Positions 19,896 through 30,529 of a DNA stretch of 64,000 nt are shown here, one piece after another. A program made the position numbers and the translations under genes. The notes below the pieces were generated by a model that saw nothing but the letters and a program-made list of their open reading frames with translations, made no database searches and was not told the origin of the DNA. Location: NCBI GenBank assembly GCA_963702845.1, contig OY969763.1:128001-192000 (forward strand), in the 5' to 3' direction. Origin of the DNA: an uncultured Verrucomicrobiae bacterium. Its GTDB lineage: Bacteria; Verrucomicrobiota; Verrucomicrobiia; Limisphaerales; Palsa-1400. Every line of letters starts with the position of its first letter. Within the stretch, counting starts at the first letter, position 1.

Positions 19896-20608
19896 AAAAG
19901 ACCATTATCTTATTTGCCGCGCTTGCAATTGTGGGTTGCAGCACAATTAAACCACTTAAGCCGGGCGTCGCGCGCATTCAATCGAATGTCGGGACGAACG
20001 GCATTCGCGAATTCGTCGCCGATTTGAAGCAGCCCGAGAATCCCGCGCAAAGCGCGACTCAGAATTTTGAACGCACGACAGAAACGGAGTTGCCGATCCC
20101 GGCGCAGAGCAGGGTGCAGGAAGTATTCATCACGCCGGCAGCGCAGCCTGGTGAGCAACCGGTGAAGCAGGAAAAGACGATCGTGCTGTCTGCGCCGACC
20201 GTACAAAAAACGCGAATCGTTGAGAAAGCTGGCACGATGATTGGCGCTGCGCAAAAAGACACGGCGCGAGAATTCGGCGCGAAGCTTGCCAGTTTGAAAG
20301 GTGTCGTTTGGGTTGGGCTTGGTTTGTTTCTGTTCGGACTGGCATCTCTATTCTATCCACCTCTGCGCGCAATTATTGGCAGCGTGACAACTAGCTTGGC
20401 GATGCTTGCCGGCGGCGTGTCGCTAATGGTGTTGCCGTCGCTGATCGTCGGGAATGAATTGCTGATTTTAGCTGTCGTGGCGCTCGGTGTCGGTGCTTGG
20501 TTTTTTGCGCATCGCCACGGGCAATTGCGTGGAACAGTGGACGCCCAAAATAAAACGAGTATGGCCGGTGCGGCGGAAGAGACCGTTTCGCGGCTGATGG
20601 CTAAATGA
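19892..20608 (+). CDS. Lipoprotein with three C-terminal TM helices (possible lysis protein)
   Basis: MKK...IVGC lipobox; hydrophobic C-terminus. Confidence 0.6.
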   Translation: MKKTIILFAALAIVGCSTIKPLKPGVARIQSNVGTNGIREFVADLKQPENPAQSATQNFERTTETELPIPAQSRVQEVFITPAAQPGEQPVKQEKTIVLSAPTVQKTRIVEKAGTMIGAAQKDTAREFGAKLASLKGVVWVGLGLFLFGLASLFYPPLRAIIGSVTTSLAMLAGGVSLMVLPSLIVGNELLILAVVALGVGAWFFAHRHGQLRGTVDAQNKTSMAGAAEETVSRLMAK

Positions 20609-20617
20609 AAGGTTTTT

Positions 20618-20965
20618 ATGCGAGATGAACAACATCGTTTCCTAATGTTAATGAGGCGACTTCCTGCGCGCCTCGACGTTGAGCAGGCCGGTTGGGTCCT
20701 TGGCTGTCAGAAGCATGACGTTCCGGCTCTCGTGGCCGCGCGTCTGTTGAAACCGCTGGGCAACCCTCCACCCAATGGGATCAAGTTCTTTGCGACCATG
20801 GATATTCTGGAGTTGATGGAAGATAAGGCCTGGCTCGCGAAGATGACGAACACGATCACGCAACATTGGTTTAGAAAAAATGCGCAGAGAAAAACCGGTG
20901 TCGTGAGCGCGCGTCGAAACGGCGCTGCTGGTTTGGACAGCATGGCGCCGGTTTCGAATAACTGA
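20618..20965 (+). CDS. Excisionase-like DNA-binding protein
   Basis: LPARL..EQAGWVLG..HD.P.LV...LLKPLG; convergent with the integrase. Confidence 0.6.
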   Translation: MRDEQHRFLMLMRRLPARLDVEQAGWVLGCQKHDVPALVAARLLKPLGNPPPNGIKFFATMDILELMEDKAWLAKMTNTITQHWFRKNAQRKTGVVSARRNGAAGLDSMAPVSNN

Positions 20966-20971
20966 CCGCGT

Positions 20972-22000
20972 TTACTGGTTTACCGCCATTGGGAGTGGAA
21001 CGATTTTCGACTCGTATTCTTCCAGGGATGGAACGATGACCTTTGCCTTCTTAGAGTAAGCGCGCGCAAACGCCTTTGAATTATGTCCGAGGGCCTGCTG
21101 TGCGTAGCGCTCGGGCATTCCGACAACCTTGGCACGTTCCGCCCATGCATAGCGGTAGCTGTGCAACGAAATGCCGCTGCCTTTTAGGGCGACCGTTTTG
21201 AGCCGCTTGATAAACATTTTCGCACGATGGTTCTCTTTGATGCGCGCGAGTCCCGGGAATAAATTGCCGACCTGCGGAAGCGAACGCAGAATGGCCGCTG
21301 CCTCTGGCCCGAAGGTGATTACGACAGGAACTCCCGTTTTGTTGCGTGAAAAAGAGATGGTGCGGTCCTGCCAATCAATGTCCTCGGCTTTCAGTTCGGC
21401 GATATCGGTTTGTGCGCCGCCCAAGTGCCACAACATTTGGTAATAGGCTTTGATCTCGGGGTTGAACTCGCGATTCAAAATTTGTGTGTGTTCGGCGAAC
21501 GTGATGGCACGACGTTCTTTGTGTTTAACGGCCGGCCATTGCAGCTTCGGAAGCACGGGCCAAGGTAGCCAGTGCATGCCGACGGCGAAATTGTGGAGCC
21601 GGCGGAGAAACATATTTGTCGAGGTACCGCCATTGCGGAGCACTTCAAAAAAATGTTCGCCGGTAGTTTCCATCAACTTGCGACTGCGAATCGTGTCGAA
21701 GGCTTTGTCGAGAATCGCGTGCTTCCATCGCTCCTGGGTTGGGCCGGTCTTGAGCGGCGTCATTTGATCCATCACGTGCTGCCATGTGCGCGCCGAGAGT
21801 GCGGAGTCGCTGTGCTTCAAATAAACCTGCGCGATCTGCAGGTTCATCGAGGCGTTGCGGACGGCCTCGTTTTTGATGTCGGTCAGCCGTTGGGCTTCGT
21901 CTGCGTTGTTGGTTTTGAGGCTCTCGCGTTTCTTGGTTTGAGTGTCGAAGCAATAGTAAGCGTCCCGCTTTCCCCGGTAGATTAATCGATAGCGCTTCAT
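20972..22000 (-). CDS. Tyrosine recombinase/phage integrase
   Basis: LHSYRY, ALGH...AY catalytic motifs; adjacent to a tRNA. Confidence 0.9.
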   Translation of the reverse strand: MKRYRLIYRGKRDAYYCFDTQTKKRESLKTNNADEAQRLTDIKNEAVRNASMNLQIAQVYLKHSDSALSARTWQHVMDQMTPLKTGPTQERWKHAILDKAFDTIRSRKLMETTGEHFFEVLRNGGTSTNMFLRRLHNFAVGMHWLPWPVLPKLQWPAVKHKERRAITFAEHTQILNREFNPEIKAYYQMLWHLGGAQTDIAELKAEDIDWQDRTISFSRNKTGVPVVITFGPEAAAILRSLPQVGNLFPGLARIKENHRAKMFIKRLKTVALKGSGISLHSYRYAWAERAKVVGMPERYAQQALGHNSKAFARAYSKKAKVIVPSLEEYESKIVPLPMAVNQ

Positions 22001-22162
22001 ACGTTTGAATCGTAATGAAGTGCGAACTACTCGCGTCAGAGTGTAGTCGCGGAGCTCCCGTGAATTTCCACGCTTAGTAATTATCTAAGCAGCGTGGTGT
22101 CCATTTTGGTGTCCGCTCCGGCTCTCTTCTCCTCAAGTCCTTGTGTTCCAACACTCGGAGAA

Positions 22163-22238
22163 TGGAGCCAGTTGCCGGACTTGAACCGGCGACCCACGCT
22201 TTACGAAAGCGTTGCTCTACCAACTGAGCTAAACTGGC
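22163..22238 (-). tRNA. tRNA-Thr(CGT)
   Basis: GCCAGTTTAGCTCAG...ACGCT-TT-CGT-AA-AGCGT...GGTTCAAGTCC...CCA. Confidence 0.97.
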
Positions 22239-22571
22239 GTCCCGAAAGGCACGACAAGGTAAAACCGCTCTCAGACCGTCGCAAGACAAAAGTCAGGACC
22301 CAGCCTTTGGACGTACGTTTCGTCCTTGCGCTCACACCGAAGTGAGCGGTGATTGATGTTGGGTCGTAGTTTTACTGAGCACTGCCCGAGGCCGGTTATT
22401 AAAGCCGCCGCCTGGTATGGCCAGTGCCCGTTGCAGAAATGAAAGCGTTCGAATCGTGCAAGCGAGTCCAGAGCAGTTGTTTCAGGCAAATCCCGAAACA
22501 TCCGTAGGGACTTACTCGCCTTGTCGGTATCGCAACAAAAAGCCACTATCGATGAAACCAAGATTTGTGGG

Positions 22572-23612
22572 ATGAAACAGTTAATCAAAACTAAGGGAAT
22601 ACAGACGAAGCCAACCGACAACCGCGGGAGAAGCCCAAGTGCGCAGCCTCTGCGTATCGCAACTCCGGAAAGAACGGTGGCGAAAGAACATAAGGATGAG
22701 TTTGAGGGTGGTCGGCTGAAACCTGAGGTGCCGCGCGATCGGAATGCTGCAACGGACGTGCCCCTTCCCGCTCCAGAACGAGGTTCTTACGATGGCGACA
22801 CGGCCATTAAACTGTACCTGCGTGAAATCGGGCAGGTAAAACTCCTCACGCCCCAGGAAGAAATTGAATTAGCGGCCCGCATCAAGAAGGGCGACAAAAG
22901 AGCGCGCGAGCAGATGATCAAGGCGAACCTGCGCCTCGTCGTAAAGATCGCGCACGATTACGAAAATTTCGGATTGCCGCTGTTGGACCTGATCAACGAG
23001 GGGAACATCGGCTTGATGAAGGCGGTGGAGCGGTTCGACCCTTCCAAAGGCGGCAAGCTTTCGACTTACGGTTCGTGGTGGATCAAGCAATCGATCAAGC
23101 GCGCGTTGGCCAATCAGTCGAAGACCATTCGCTTGCCCGTGCACCTGGTCGACAAGATTTCGAAGATGCGCCGCACCGCGATGAAGTTGCAGGAAGTTTT
23201 TGGGCGCGAGCCAACTGATGAAGAGTTGGCGGAAGAGCTGGGAATGTCCGCCCAGCGCGTCACGCAAATGCGCACGGCGGCAATCCGGCCAGCCTCTTTG
23301 GATGCGCCGATTGGCGATGATGAATCGAACAATTTCGCCGAAGTCGTCGAAGATGAGAACGCCGACACACCTTACGAAACTCTCGAGGACAAAACCGTCA
23401 CGAGAATGTTGCAGGAGATGGTCAAGACGCTCGACGACCGCGAGGCGACAATTTTGAAGTATCGTTTTGGGCTCGATGGCGGTTCTGAAAAAACGCTTGA
23501 AGAGGTCGGTGAAAAATTCGGCGTCACCCGCGAGCGCGTCCGGCAAATCCAAAACATCGCGCTGAACAAGCTTCGCAAAATGATCGAGAAGCTCGAAGCT
23601 GTGAAGAGGTAA
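22572..23612 (+). CDS. RpoD/RpoS-family sigma-70 factor
   Basis: YLREIG, ANLRLVV, DLINEGNIGL, TIRLPVH, TRERVRQI; start uncertain. Confidence 0.93.
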   Translation: MKQLIKTKGIQTKPTDNRGRSPSAQPLRIATPERTVAKEHKDEFEGGRLKPEVPRDRNAATDVPLPAPERGSYDGDTAIKLYLREIGQVKLLTPQEEIELAARIKKGDKRAREQMIKANLRLVVKIAHDYENFGLPLLDLINEGNIGLMKAVERFDPSKGGKLSTYGSWWIKQSIKRALANQSKTIRLPVHLVDKISKMRRTAMKLQEVFGREPTDEELAEELGMSAQRVTQMRTAAIRPASLDAPIGDDESNNFAEVVEDENADTPYETLEDKTVTRMLQEMVKTLDDREATILKYRFGLDGGSEKTLEEVGEKFGVTRERVRQIQNIALNKLRKMIEKLEAVKR

Positions 23613-23659
23613 GCGAATCAGATCGCGGATATATCCTGCTCAATTACGTTGCAGGACGT

Positions 23660-25465
23660 TCATTTGGATCCGCTGTAAAAGCCCGCGTAAATACCGCCTT
23701 GCGCGAGCAATTCTTTTTCTGTGCCGATCTCGGCTATTTGGCCAGCCTTTAACACGACAATCCGATCGGCCCAACGAACCGTCGATAACCGGTGGGCGAT
23801 GATGAAAGTTGTTCGGTCCTTCATCAAAGCACGCAACGCATGCAGCAACGCATCCTCGGTCTCAGCATCCAACGCGCTGGTCGGCTCGTCCAAAATCAGA
23901 ATCGGCGCATCTTTCAATAACGCTCTCGCTATGGCGAGCCGTTGGCGTTCGCCGCCGGACAACGTCGCGCCACGTTCACCAATGACAGTGTCGTAGGTTT
24001 GAGGCAGCTGCTGAATAAACGCATCAGCATTGGCTGCTTTGGCAGCAGCTTCGATTTGCGCACGCGTTGCGTGGGGAGAGCCGTAGGCGATGTTCGCGGC
24101 GATGGACAGCGGAAACAAAAAGGGCTCTTGAGAGACAATCGCAACCTGCGACCGCAAACTGCTCAGTTTCACTTCCCGCAGGTCTTTGCCATCGATCAAC
24201 ACGCGTCCTTGCCACGGATCCAAAAAACGCGGAACAAGACTGACCAGAGTGCTCTTACCGGCGCCGGTCGTGCCCACCAACGCAATCGTTTCTCCCGCGC
24301 GCACGTCGAGCGCAATGTCGCGCAGGGCAGGGCGGTCGGATTCATAGCCAACAGTGACGTTTTCAAATTGCACGCGGCCGCTCAGACGCGGCAGAGAGAT
24401 TGCGCCGGGGCGGTCAGCGATTTCCTGCTCCGCGTGTAAAATCTCCAGCACACGGCGCGAGCTGCCGGCCGCGCTTTGCACGATTGCAGACGTGTACATG
24501 ATTGAATTCAGCGGCGTGTAGAGCGAGCCGAGGTAGGAAAGGAAAAGCAAAATCGTGCCGACGCTCATATTTCCAGCCAGCCCATGCCGTGCTCCAATCC
24601 AAAGCACTCCGGATGTGCCAACAGCGGTCGCCAATCCCATCAATATTTTGAACTGCAATTGCACGTTCGTTAACGAAAGCGTCGCCACGAGACTTTCGTT
24701 GAGGTTCGCTTGTAAACGACGTTCGCTTTCCCGTTCGCGACCGAACGCCTGCACGATCGGGATAGCGGCGAACGTTTGCTCGATGATATCAAAACCGCGC
24801 CCCTCAATTTCCTGCTGCTGCCAACCACGCTCCATCATCGGTTTTGCGTAAATGAAAAAGATCAACGCCATGTAAGGAACGATGGCGATCGACAAAAGAG
24901 TCAGCGTCGGGTCGATGCGCCACAAAATGACAAACATCATCACTAATGTGACCACTGCCGATACGAGCGGCAGCATGGCATCTTTGACGATGACCGACAC
25001 ACAATTGCAGTCCGAAGTGACGCGCCGAATGTTATCTCCAACGGATTTGTTCGCGTGAAAGCGCAAGGAAAGATGCTGAAGTTTGGCGAACAAATCGGCC
25101 GCCAAATCATAAACGATACGTTGGCCGAAACTAATGTTGGCATACGCGTCTGCGACTTGAGCAACCCAGCCGAGGAGAAAAATGACAATTGTCGCCCCGA
25201 CGCTCCACAGAATCAGATTGCTGGTCGTCGGCGCGGCGGGAAGCCAATCAACAAGTGTTTTGACCACAGGCGTCGCTGCCTTTCCCTGCAGGACATAATC
25301 GACCAGGAAAACCATCGGCCATGGTTTCAACAAATCGATTCCCGTTTTCAGGAGCATCGTGCCCAGGACAGTCCCGAGCGCGAGCCATCGCCGAAACGCG
25401 TAGGTCGTTGCCCAGATGCACAGGCCGAGCATCGTCGTTTTGACTGTTGGCTTCTCTTTGCTCAT
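23660..25465 (-). CDS. ABC transporter permease/ATPase fusion
   Basis: TM domain, GTTGAGKS, LSGGERQR, ILDE. Confidence 0.93.
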   Translation of the reverse strand: MSKEKPTVKTTMLGLCIWATTYAFRRWLALGTVLGTMLLKTGIDLLKPWPMVFLVDYVLQGKAATPVVKTLVDWLPAAPTTSNLILWSVGATIVIFLLGWVAQVADAYANISFGQRIVYDLAADLFAKLQHLSLRFHANKSVGDNIRRVTSDCNCVSVIVKDAMLPLVSAVVTLVMMFVILWRIDPTLTLLSIAIVPYMALIFFIYAKPMMERGWQQQEIEGRGFDIIEQTFAAIPIVQAFGRERESERRLQANLNESLVATLSLTNVQLQFKILMGLATAVGTSGVLWIGARHGLAGNMSVGTILLFLSYLGSLYTPLNSIMYTSAIVQSAAGSSRRVLEILHAEQEIADRPGAISLPRLSGRVQFENVTVGYESDRPALRDIALDVRAGETIALVGTTGAGKSTLVSLVPRFLDPWQGRVLIDGKDLREVKLSSLRSQVAIVSQEPFLFPLSIAANIAYGSPHATRAQIEAAAKAANADAFIQQLPQTYDTVIGERGATLSGGERQRLAIARALLKDAPILILDEPTSALDAETEDALLHALRALMKDRTTFIIAHRLSTVRWADRIVVLKAGQIAEIGTEKELLAQGGIYAGFYSGSK

Positions 25466-27270
25466 GTGCCAGTAGTCGCAATCGTCGCATCGGACGCCGA
25501 CCGAAATTGCAATTTGTGCAAGTGCGCATAGACACCGTCTTGCGCCAATAATTGCTGGTGTGTTCCGGCCTCGCAGATTCGTCCGGCCTTCAACACCACG
25601 ATCTGATTAGCCCTGCGGATGGTGCTCAAGCGGTGAGCGATAATTAAGGTCGTGCGACCGGCCATTAACCGTTCCAACGCTTCGAGCAACAAATTTTCCG
25701 TTTCCGAATCCAAAGCGCTGGTTGGTTCATCGAGAATCAGGACGGGCGCGTTTTTAAGCAGCGCTCGCGCAATCGCGATCCGCTGACGTTCACCTCCGGA
25801 TAACGTGGCGCCGCGCTCTCCCATTATCGTGTCGTAGCCCTCAGGCATGCGCGTGATGAAATCGTGCGCATTGGCCGTGCGCGCGGCCTCCTCGATTTCC
25901 TTCCGCGAGGCGCCTTCTCGTCCCCACCCAATATTTTCCGCTATCGAAAACGGAAACAAAAACGGTTCCTGGAGGACGATCGAAATTTGTGAACGCAATC
26001 CAGCCAATTGCAAATCGCGCACGTCGTGGCCATCGAGCAAGACCCGGCCTTTCAACGGATCCAGAAAGCGAGGAATCATGCTGACCAACGTGCTCTTCCC
26101 CGCGCCCGTGGGTCCAACGATCGCCAGCGCTTCGCCCGGGAGGACTTCCAACGACACATCCAACAACACAGGCCGTTCGGGATCATAACCGGTCGTAACG
26201 TTCTCGAATCTTATGTGCCCTCGCGCGGTATCGAGTGGAAGCGCGTTTGGTTTGTCGACAATTTCCGGCTGCGCATCCAGCACTTCATTAACGCGATCGA
26301 CGCTCGCGCCGATGTTTAGCGCGGTGGGATACACGCCCGCGAGAACCTTGGTCTGTGCCTGCAACGAATTCAGATAAACCAAAAACACGAGCAAACCGCC
26401 GACCGTCAATTTTCCCTCACCGACATAATGAGCTCCTGCCCAGATAATCACGCCGGTGCCAATCGTCGTAATCAGTCCGGAACTGAGACCACCCAGGCTC
26501 CCCAGAAATGTGCTCCGTTGCTGCGCTTCGATGGCCTGGGCGGCAAATTGCCGGAATCGCTCGTTCTCGCGTTCTTCCTGCACGAAAGCTTGCACGACCG
26601 GCATCCCGCTGAGCGTTTGCTGAATGTGCGACTGAATGCGCGTTTCAATTTCGCGCTTGTCTTTCGCCGCCGCTCGCAATCGTTTCCCCAATAACAACGA
26701 CGCTCCGACCATCAACGGCACTACCGCCAATGAAATCAACATCAACATCGGCTGGAGCAATCCCATCAGCACAATCATGGCGATCGTCGTGAGCATGGCC
26801 TGAAACGCCGCGAAACAAACAGTGTGCAACAGTTGATAAACACACCAACTATCGACCATTACCCGGCTGATCGAGTCACCCACTTCACTGCGGCTATGGA
26901 ACGAAAGCGAACGCTGTTGCAATCGCGCGAACATATCGTGGGCTAAATCATTGACTGTGCGGCGTCCGGTCGAAGTCCACCCCCAGGCCAGTGCCGCGTC
27001 TAAAGCACCGTTCAATAAATAAATGACGAGCCCGGCGAGCACGATCACCGGGAGCAGTTTTGCAGGCTCTGTGCTGATCGAGAGGGATTGAAGAACGGAC
27101 TGCAATGCGGATGGCAGAGCCGTGTTACTTAGTAAATGGTCCACGACCAACTTCATTGGCCACGGCTGGAGGGCGGTCACGGCTGAGGCCAGCACCGTCA
27201 TCACCAGGAGCAGAAGAAAACGGCCGCGATAGGGCGAAGCATATCGAAGCAGTTTCAGATAACGGCGCAT
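25462..27270 (-). CDS. ABC transporter permease/ATPase fusion (heterodimer partner)
   Basis: GPTGAGKS, LSGGERQR; paralogous to the neighbour. Confidence 0.93.
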   Translation of the reverse strand: MRRYLKLLRYASPYRGRFLLLLVMTVLASAVTALQPWPMKLVVDHLLSNTALPSALQSVLQSLSISTEPAKLLPVIVLAGLVIYLLNGALDAALAWGWTSTGRRTVNDLAHDMFARLQQRSLSFHSRSEVGDSISRVMVDSWCVYQLLHTVCFAAFQAMLTTIAMIVLMGLLQPMLMLISLAVVPLMVGASLLLGKRLRAAAKDKREIETRIQSHIQQTLSGMPVVQAFVQEERENERFRQFAAQAIEAQQRSTFLGSLGGLSSGLITTIGTGVIIWAGAHYVGEGKLTVGGLLVFLVYLNSLQAQTKVLAGVYPTALNIGASVDRVNEVLDAQPEIVDKPNALPLDTARGHIRFENVTTGYDPERPVLLDVSLEVLPGEALAIVGPTGAGKSTLVSMIPRFLDPLKGRVLLDGHDVRDLQLAGLRSQISIVLQEPFLFPFSIAENIGWGREGASRKEIEEAARTANAHDFITRMPEGYDTIMGERGATLSGGERQRIAIARALLKNAPVLILDEPTSALDSETENLLLEALERLMAGRTTLIIAHRLSTIRRANQIVVLKAGRICEAGTHQQLLAQDGVYAHLHKLQFRSASDATIATTGT

Positions 27271-27408
27271 TCTCGTGGGAGACAATTTTATTGCTGCATC
27301 GCGCCATAAAGCGATTCCAAACCCATGCATAGGTAAGTTACAGGTTGATCGGAAACTCAACCGTGGGTGTGGCTGGCGGAAAAAATGTTCAGCGCGAAGC
27401 GGACCGAC

Positions 27409-28494
27409 TTAGCAGATGCGCGGCAATTGCTCGCCGGCGAGCATTTCGACAACCCGTTCGCCACCGACTTTCGTTTTCATCGTGACGAATCCGGGCATGT
27501 CGGTGACGACTTCACCGATGATGACGGCGTCGCGACCTAACGGATGAAGGCGCATGGCGGCCAAAACGGCCTCGGCGCATTCCGGAGGAACAAACGCGAG
27601 CAGTTTGCCTTCATTAGCGACGTAAAGTGGATCGAGACCGAGAAGTTCGCACGCGGCTTTGACCTGCTCACTAATCGGGATGCTCGATTCATTGAGATGA
27701 ATTCCAACACAAGCTGATTGGGCGATTTCATTCAATGCACTGGTTACTCCACCGCGGGTTGGGTCGCGCAGCACGTGGATATCTTTGCTGGCAGCGAACA
27801 TGTTTTCGACAAGTCCATTCAGTGGCGCGGTATCGCTGACAATCTGCGTTTCGAATTCAAGTCCATCGCGCACGGACATAATGGCCATGCCATGTTGAGC
27901 CACCTGGCCGTTGATTATGATTTTGTCGCCGGGTCGGGCGTTACGCGGATGGATGTTAATTCCGTCGTGGATTAATCCGATGCCGGACGTGTTGATAAAA
28001 ATTTGGTCGCCTTTGCCGCGATCAACGACTTTTGTATCGCCAGTCACGATGCTCACACCGGCAGCTTTCGCAGCGGCTTGCATCGATTGGACGATGCGCC
28101 ACAGATGTTCGAGCGGCAGTCCTTCTTCGATGATAAACGCCGCCGTCATGTAGAGCGGTCGCGCGCCGCACATGGCGAGGTCATTGACCGTTCCGTGCAC
28201 GGCCAGAGTGCCGATATCGCCGCCGGGGAAGAAGATGGGGCTGACCACAAATGAGTCAGTGCTCATCGCGAAACGGACGTTGCCGTTGCCACTGGTGTTA
28301 TCGATGGAAAACATCGCGCCATCGTGGAGCGGTTCGAGCAGTTCGTTTTTGAAATGGGGCAGAATTATTTTCTGAATCAGTTGCTGGCTCAATTTTCCGC
28401 CACTGCCATGGCCAAGGACGATTTCTTTGTGCGTCGTGATCGGCAGCGGACACGAAAACGAGGCCGGATCGGCGGATGGTATTTCAGACGACAT
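27409..28494 (-). CDS. hypE: Hydrogenase maturation protein HypE
   Basis: HGSGG, TDSFVVSP.FFPGGDIG, DPTRGG, C-terminal PRIC. Confidence 0.97.
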   Translation of the reverse strand: MSSEIPSADPASFSCPLPITTHKEIVLGHGSGGKLSQQLIQKIILPHFKNELLEPLHDGAMFSIDNTSGNGNVRFAMSTDSFVVSPIFFPGGDIGTLAVHGTVNDLAMCGARPLYMTAAFIIEEGLPLEHLWRIVQSMQAAAKAAGVSIVTGDTKVVDRGKGDQIFINTSGIGLIHDGINIHPRNARPGDKIIINGQVAQHGMAIMSVRDGLEFETQIVSDTAPLNGLVENMFAASKDIHVLRDPTRGGVTSALNEIAQSACVGIHLNESSIPISEQVKAACELLGLDPLYVANEGKLLAFVPPECAEAVLAAMRLHPLGRDAVIIGEVVTDMPGFVTMKTKVGGERVVEMLAGEQLPRIC

Positions 28495-29086
28495 CTTCGG
28501 CTCCTAACGCGACGTGAATCAGGTCCCACGCAATGTGAACGAGAGTGGCGTGGACTTCCTGGATTCGGTGAATGCTGTAGGAAGGGACAATGAAGCAGTA
28601 ATCGGCCAACTCGGGAAATCGCCCGCCGTCTTTGCCGGCCCACGCGATGGTGAGCATCTGGCGCTGGCGCGCCTCTTCCAACGCGTAAATCAAGTTGGGC
28701 GATTTGCCACTGGTGCTGACCACCAAAGCCATATCACCGGATTGCGCTTGCACGCGCAATTGGTTGACGTAAATACGCGAGAAATCAACGTCGTTGCCGA
28801 TGGCAGTCATAGTCGCAATGTCAGTCATCAATGGAATGACCGGAAACGCTGGTCGCTTTTCAATAATTGGATGGGTGAATTCGACGCTGAAATGAAGCGC
28901 GTCACAAAGGCTGCCGCCGTTGCCCATGACGAACAACCGTTTGCCTTGCGAAAAGCGCGTGGCCATGTCCCTGGCCATGTGCTCGATCTGCCCGGCGTAT
29001 TGGCAAAAGAACTTCTGCTTCATCTCAACGCTTTCGTTGCATTTGCGCAGGATTTTATCGGAAAAAGTTTCAGTGCTTGTTTGCAT
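28484..29086 (-). CDS. gmhA: SIS-domain protein, phosphoheptose isomerase-like
   Basis: [25 protein letters not shown]. Confidence 0.85.
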   Translation of the reverse strand: MQTSTETFSDKILRKCNESVEMKQKFFCQYAGQIEHMARDMATRFSQGKRLFVMGNGGSLCDALHFSVEFTHPIIEKRPAFPVIPLMTDIATMTAIGNDVDFSRIYVNQLRVQAQSGDMALVVSTSGKSPNLIYALEEARQRQMLTIAWAGKDGGRFPELADYCFIVPSYSIHRIQEVHATLVHIAWDLIHVALGAEDVV

Positions 29087-30191
29087 ACTCGGGCACTTTG
29101 CTTTGCAAATGACGACCGTAAGCGTAGTAGGCGGCGCATGCTCCTTCGGCGGAAACCATGGTTGCGCCGAAAGGAGTTTCGGGGGTGCACTGTTTGCCGA
29201 ACGCGGGACAGTCATGCGGCTTTTTGATTCCCCTGAGCACGAGACCGCTGATGCATTGAGCAGGTTCGTGCGTGTCAATTTCTTTGACTTCGAAGATGCG
29301 TTCAGCGTCGTAGTCGCGAAATTCGAAACGGAGTTTGTAGCCGCTCTTTGGAATGCTGCCGACGCCGCGCCATTTCCGGTCGCAAACTTCGAAAACTTTG
29401 TTGATGACGTCGCGAGCGGCGGTATTGCCGTCGCGTTTGACGACGCGCGCGTATTGATTTTCAACTTCGGCGCGGCCTTCCTCGAGCTGGCGAAGGGCGC
29501 ACAACGTGCCTTGCAGCAGATCAATCGGCTCGAAACCCGTGATGACAATTGGCACTTTGAAACGGGCCGTGATCGGCTCGTATTCGCGATAGCCCATGAC
29601 AGTGCAAACGTGGCCGGGACCCAAAAAGCCCTGCACGCGGTTGTGCGGTGATTGCAAAATGGATGCGATGGATGGCGGCACAAGGACGTGCGAAACGAGA
29701 ATTGAAAAATTGGATATACCCTGCCGCTGCGCTTGCCAGACAGCCATTGCGTTTGCGGGAGCGGTCGTTTCAAACCCGATGGCGAAGAATACGACTTTTT
29801 TGTCAGGGTTAGCCCGCGCGATTTTAAGGCAGTCGATTGGTGAATAAACGACGCGAATGTCCGCGCCGCGTGACTTGAGAACCAGCAGGTCGTGCTTCGA
29901 ACCCGGTACGCGCAACATGTCGCCGAACGAACAGAAGATAACATCGGGCCGCGACGCGATCGCATGCGCTTTATCGATCATTTCCAGTGACGTGACACAC
30001 ACCGGGCAACCGGGGCCATGGACGAGTTCAACTTCCTGGGGCAATAGACGATCAAGACCGTATTTGACGATGCTGTGAGTCTGACCACCGCACACTTCCA
30101 TCAACACCCATGGCCGCGTTACGGTGCGATGGATCTCGTCGACAAGTTTTTCGGCGAGGGCTTGATCACGATATTCGTCGAGGAACTTCAT
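29070..30191 (-). CDS. hypD: Hydrogenase maturation protein HypD
   Basis: [32 protein letters not shown]. Confidence 0.97.
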   Translation of the reverse strand: MKFLDEYRDQALAEKLVDEIHRTVTRPWVLMEVCGGQTHSIVKYGLDRLLPQEVELVHGPGCPVCVTSLEMIDKAHAIASRPDVIFCSFGDMLRVPGSKHDLLVLKSRGADIRVVYSPIDCLKIARANPDKKVVFFAIGFETTAPANAMAVWQAQRQGISNFSILVSHVLVPPSIASILQSPHNRVQGFLGPGHVCTVMGYREYEPITARFKVPIVITGFEPIDLLQGTLCALRQLEEGRAEVENQYARVVKRDGNTAARDVINKVFEVCDRKWRGVGSIPKSGYKLRFEFRDYDAERIFEVKEIDTHEPAQCISGLVLRGIKKPHDCPAFGKQCTPETPFGATMVSAEGACAAYYAYGRHLQSKVPEYANKH

Positions 30192-30514
30192 AAGACTTGC
30201 GGATTGGGAATTGCCGATCGGGAGTCGAACAAACTGTTATCGGCATTGGTCCCGACGTCGTTTGGTTCCGGCGTGTCCAACTCGCCTAGCTGTTGAAGGT
30301 CGGCGAGCGCTTGATACGTCCTGGCCGCTTCTGCTTCATCGACTTTTTGCAGAGCGAAACCGACATGGACCAGGACGTAGTCGCCAAGCTGAGCGTCGGG
30401 AATGTATTCGAGACAGACTTGTTTGACGATGCCGGCAAAATTGGCTTTGCCCATGCGCACCCCAGTTGCATCGGGAGCGACTTCGATCAGTTTACCGGGA
30501 ATAGCGAGGCACAT
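30188..30514 (-). CDS. hypC: HypC chaperone
   Basis: [15 protein letters not shown]. Confidence 0.96.
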   Translation of the reverse strand: MCLAIPGKLIEVAPDATGVRMGKANFAGIVKQVCLEYIPDAQLGDYVLVHVGFALQKVDEAEAARTYQALADLQQLGELDTPEPNDVGTNADNSLFDSRSAIPNPQVL

Positions 30515-30529
30515 ATTGAGATTATAGGT

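Larger units (their letters stand above)
1..22162. mobile_element. Integrated phage-like element (left end outside the window), inserted at the 3' end of tRNA-Thr
   Basis: Resolvase, nuclease, primase, helicase, terminase, portal, scaffold, capsid and connector genes on +; tyrosine integrase just beyond the tRNA-Thr 3' end. Confidence 0.9.

Noticed and set aside
28484..29965. 493-aa ORF as given in the track
   Set aside because: The N-terminal part overlaps hypD out of frame; the SIS protein starts at 29086.
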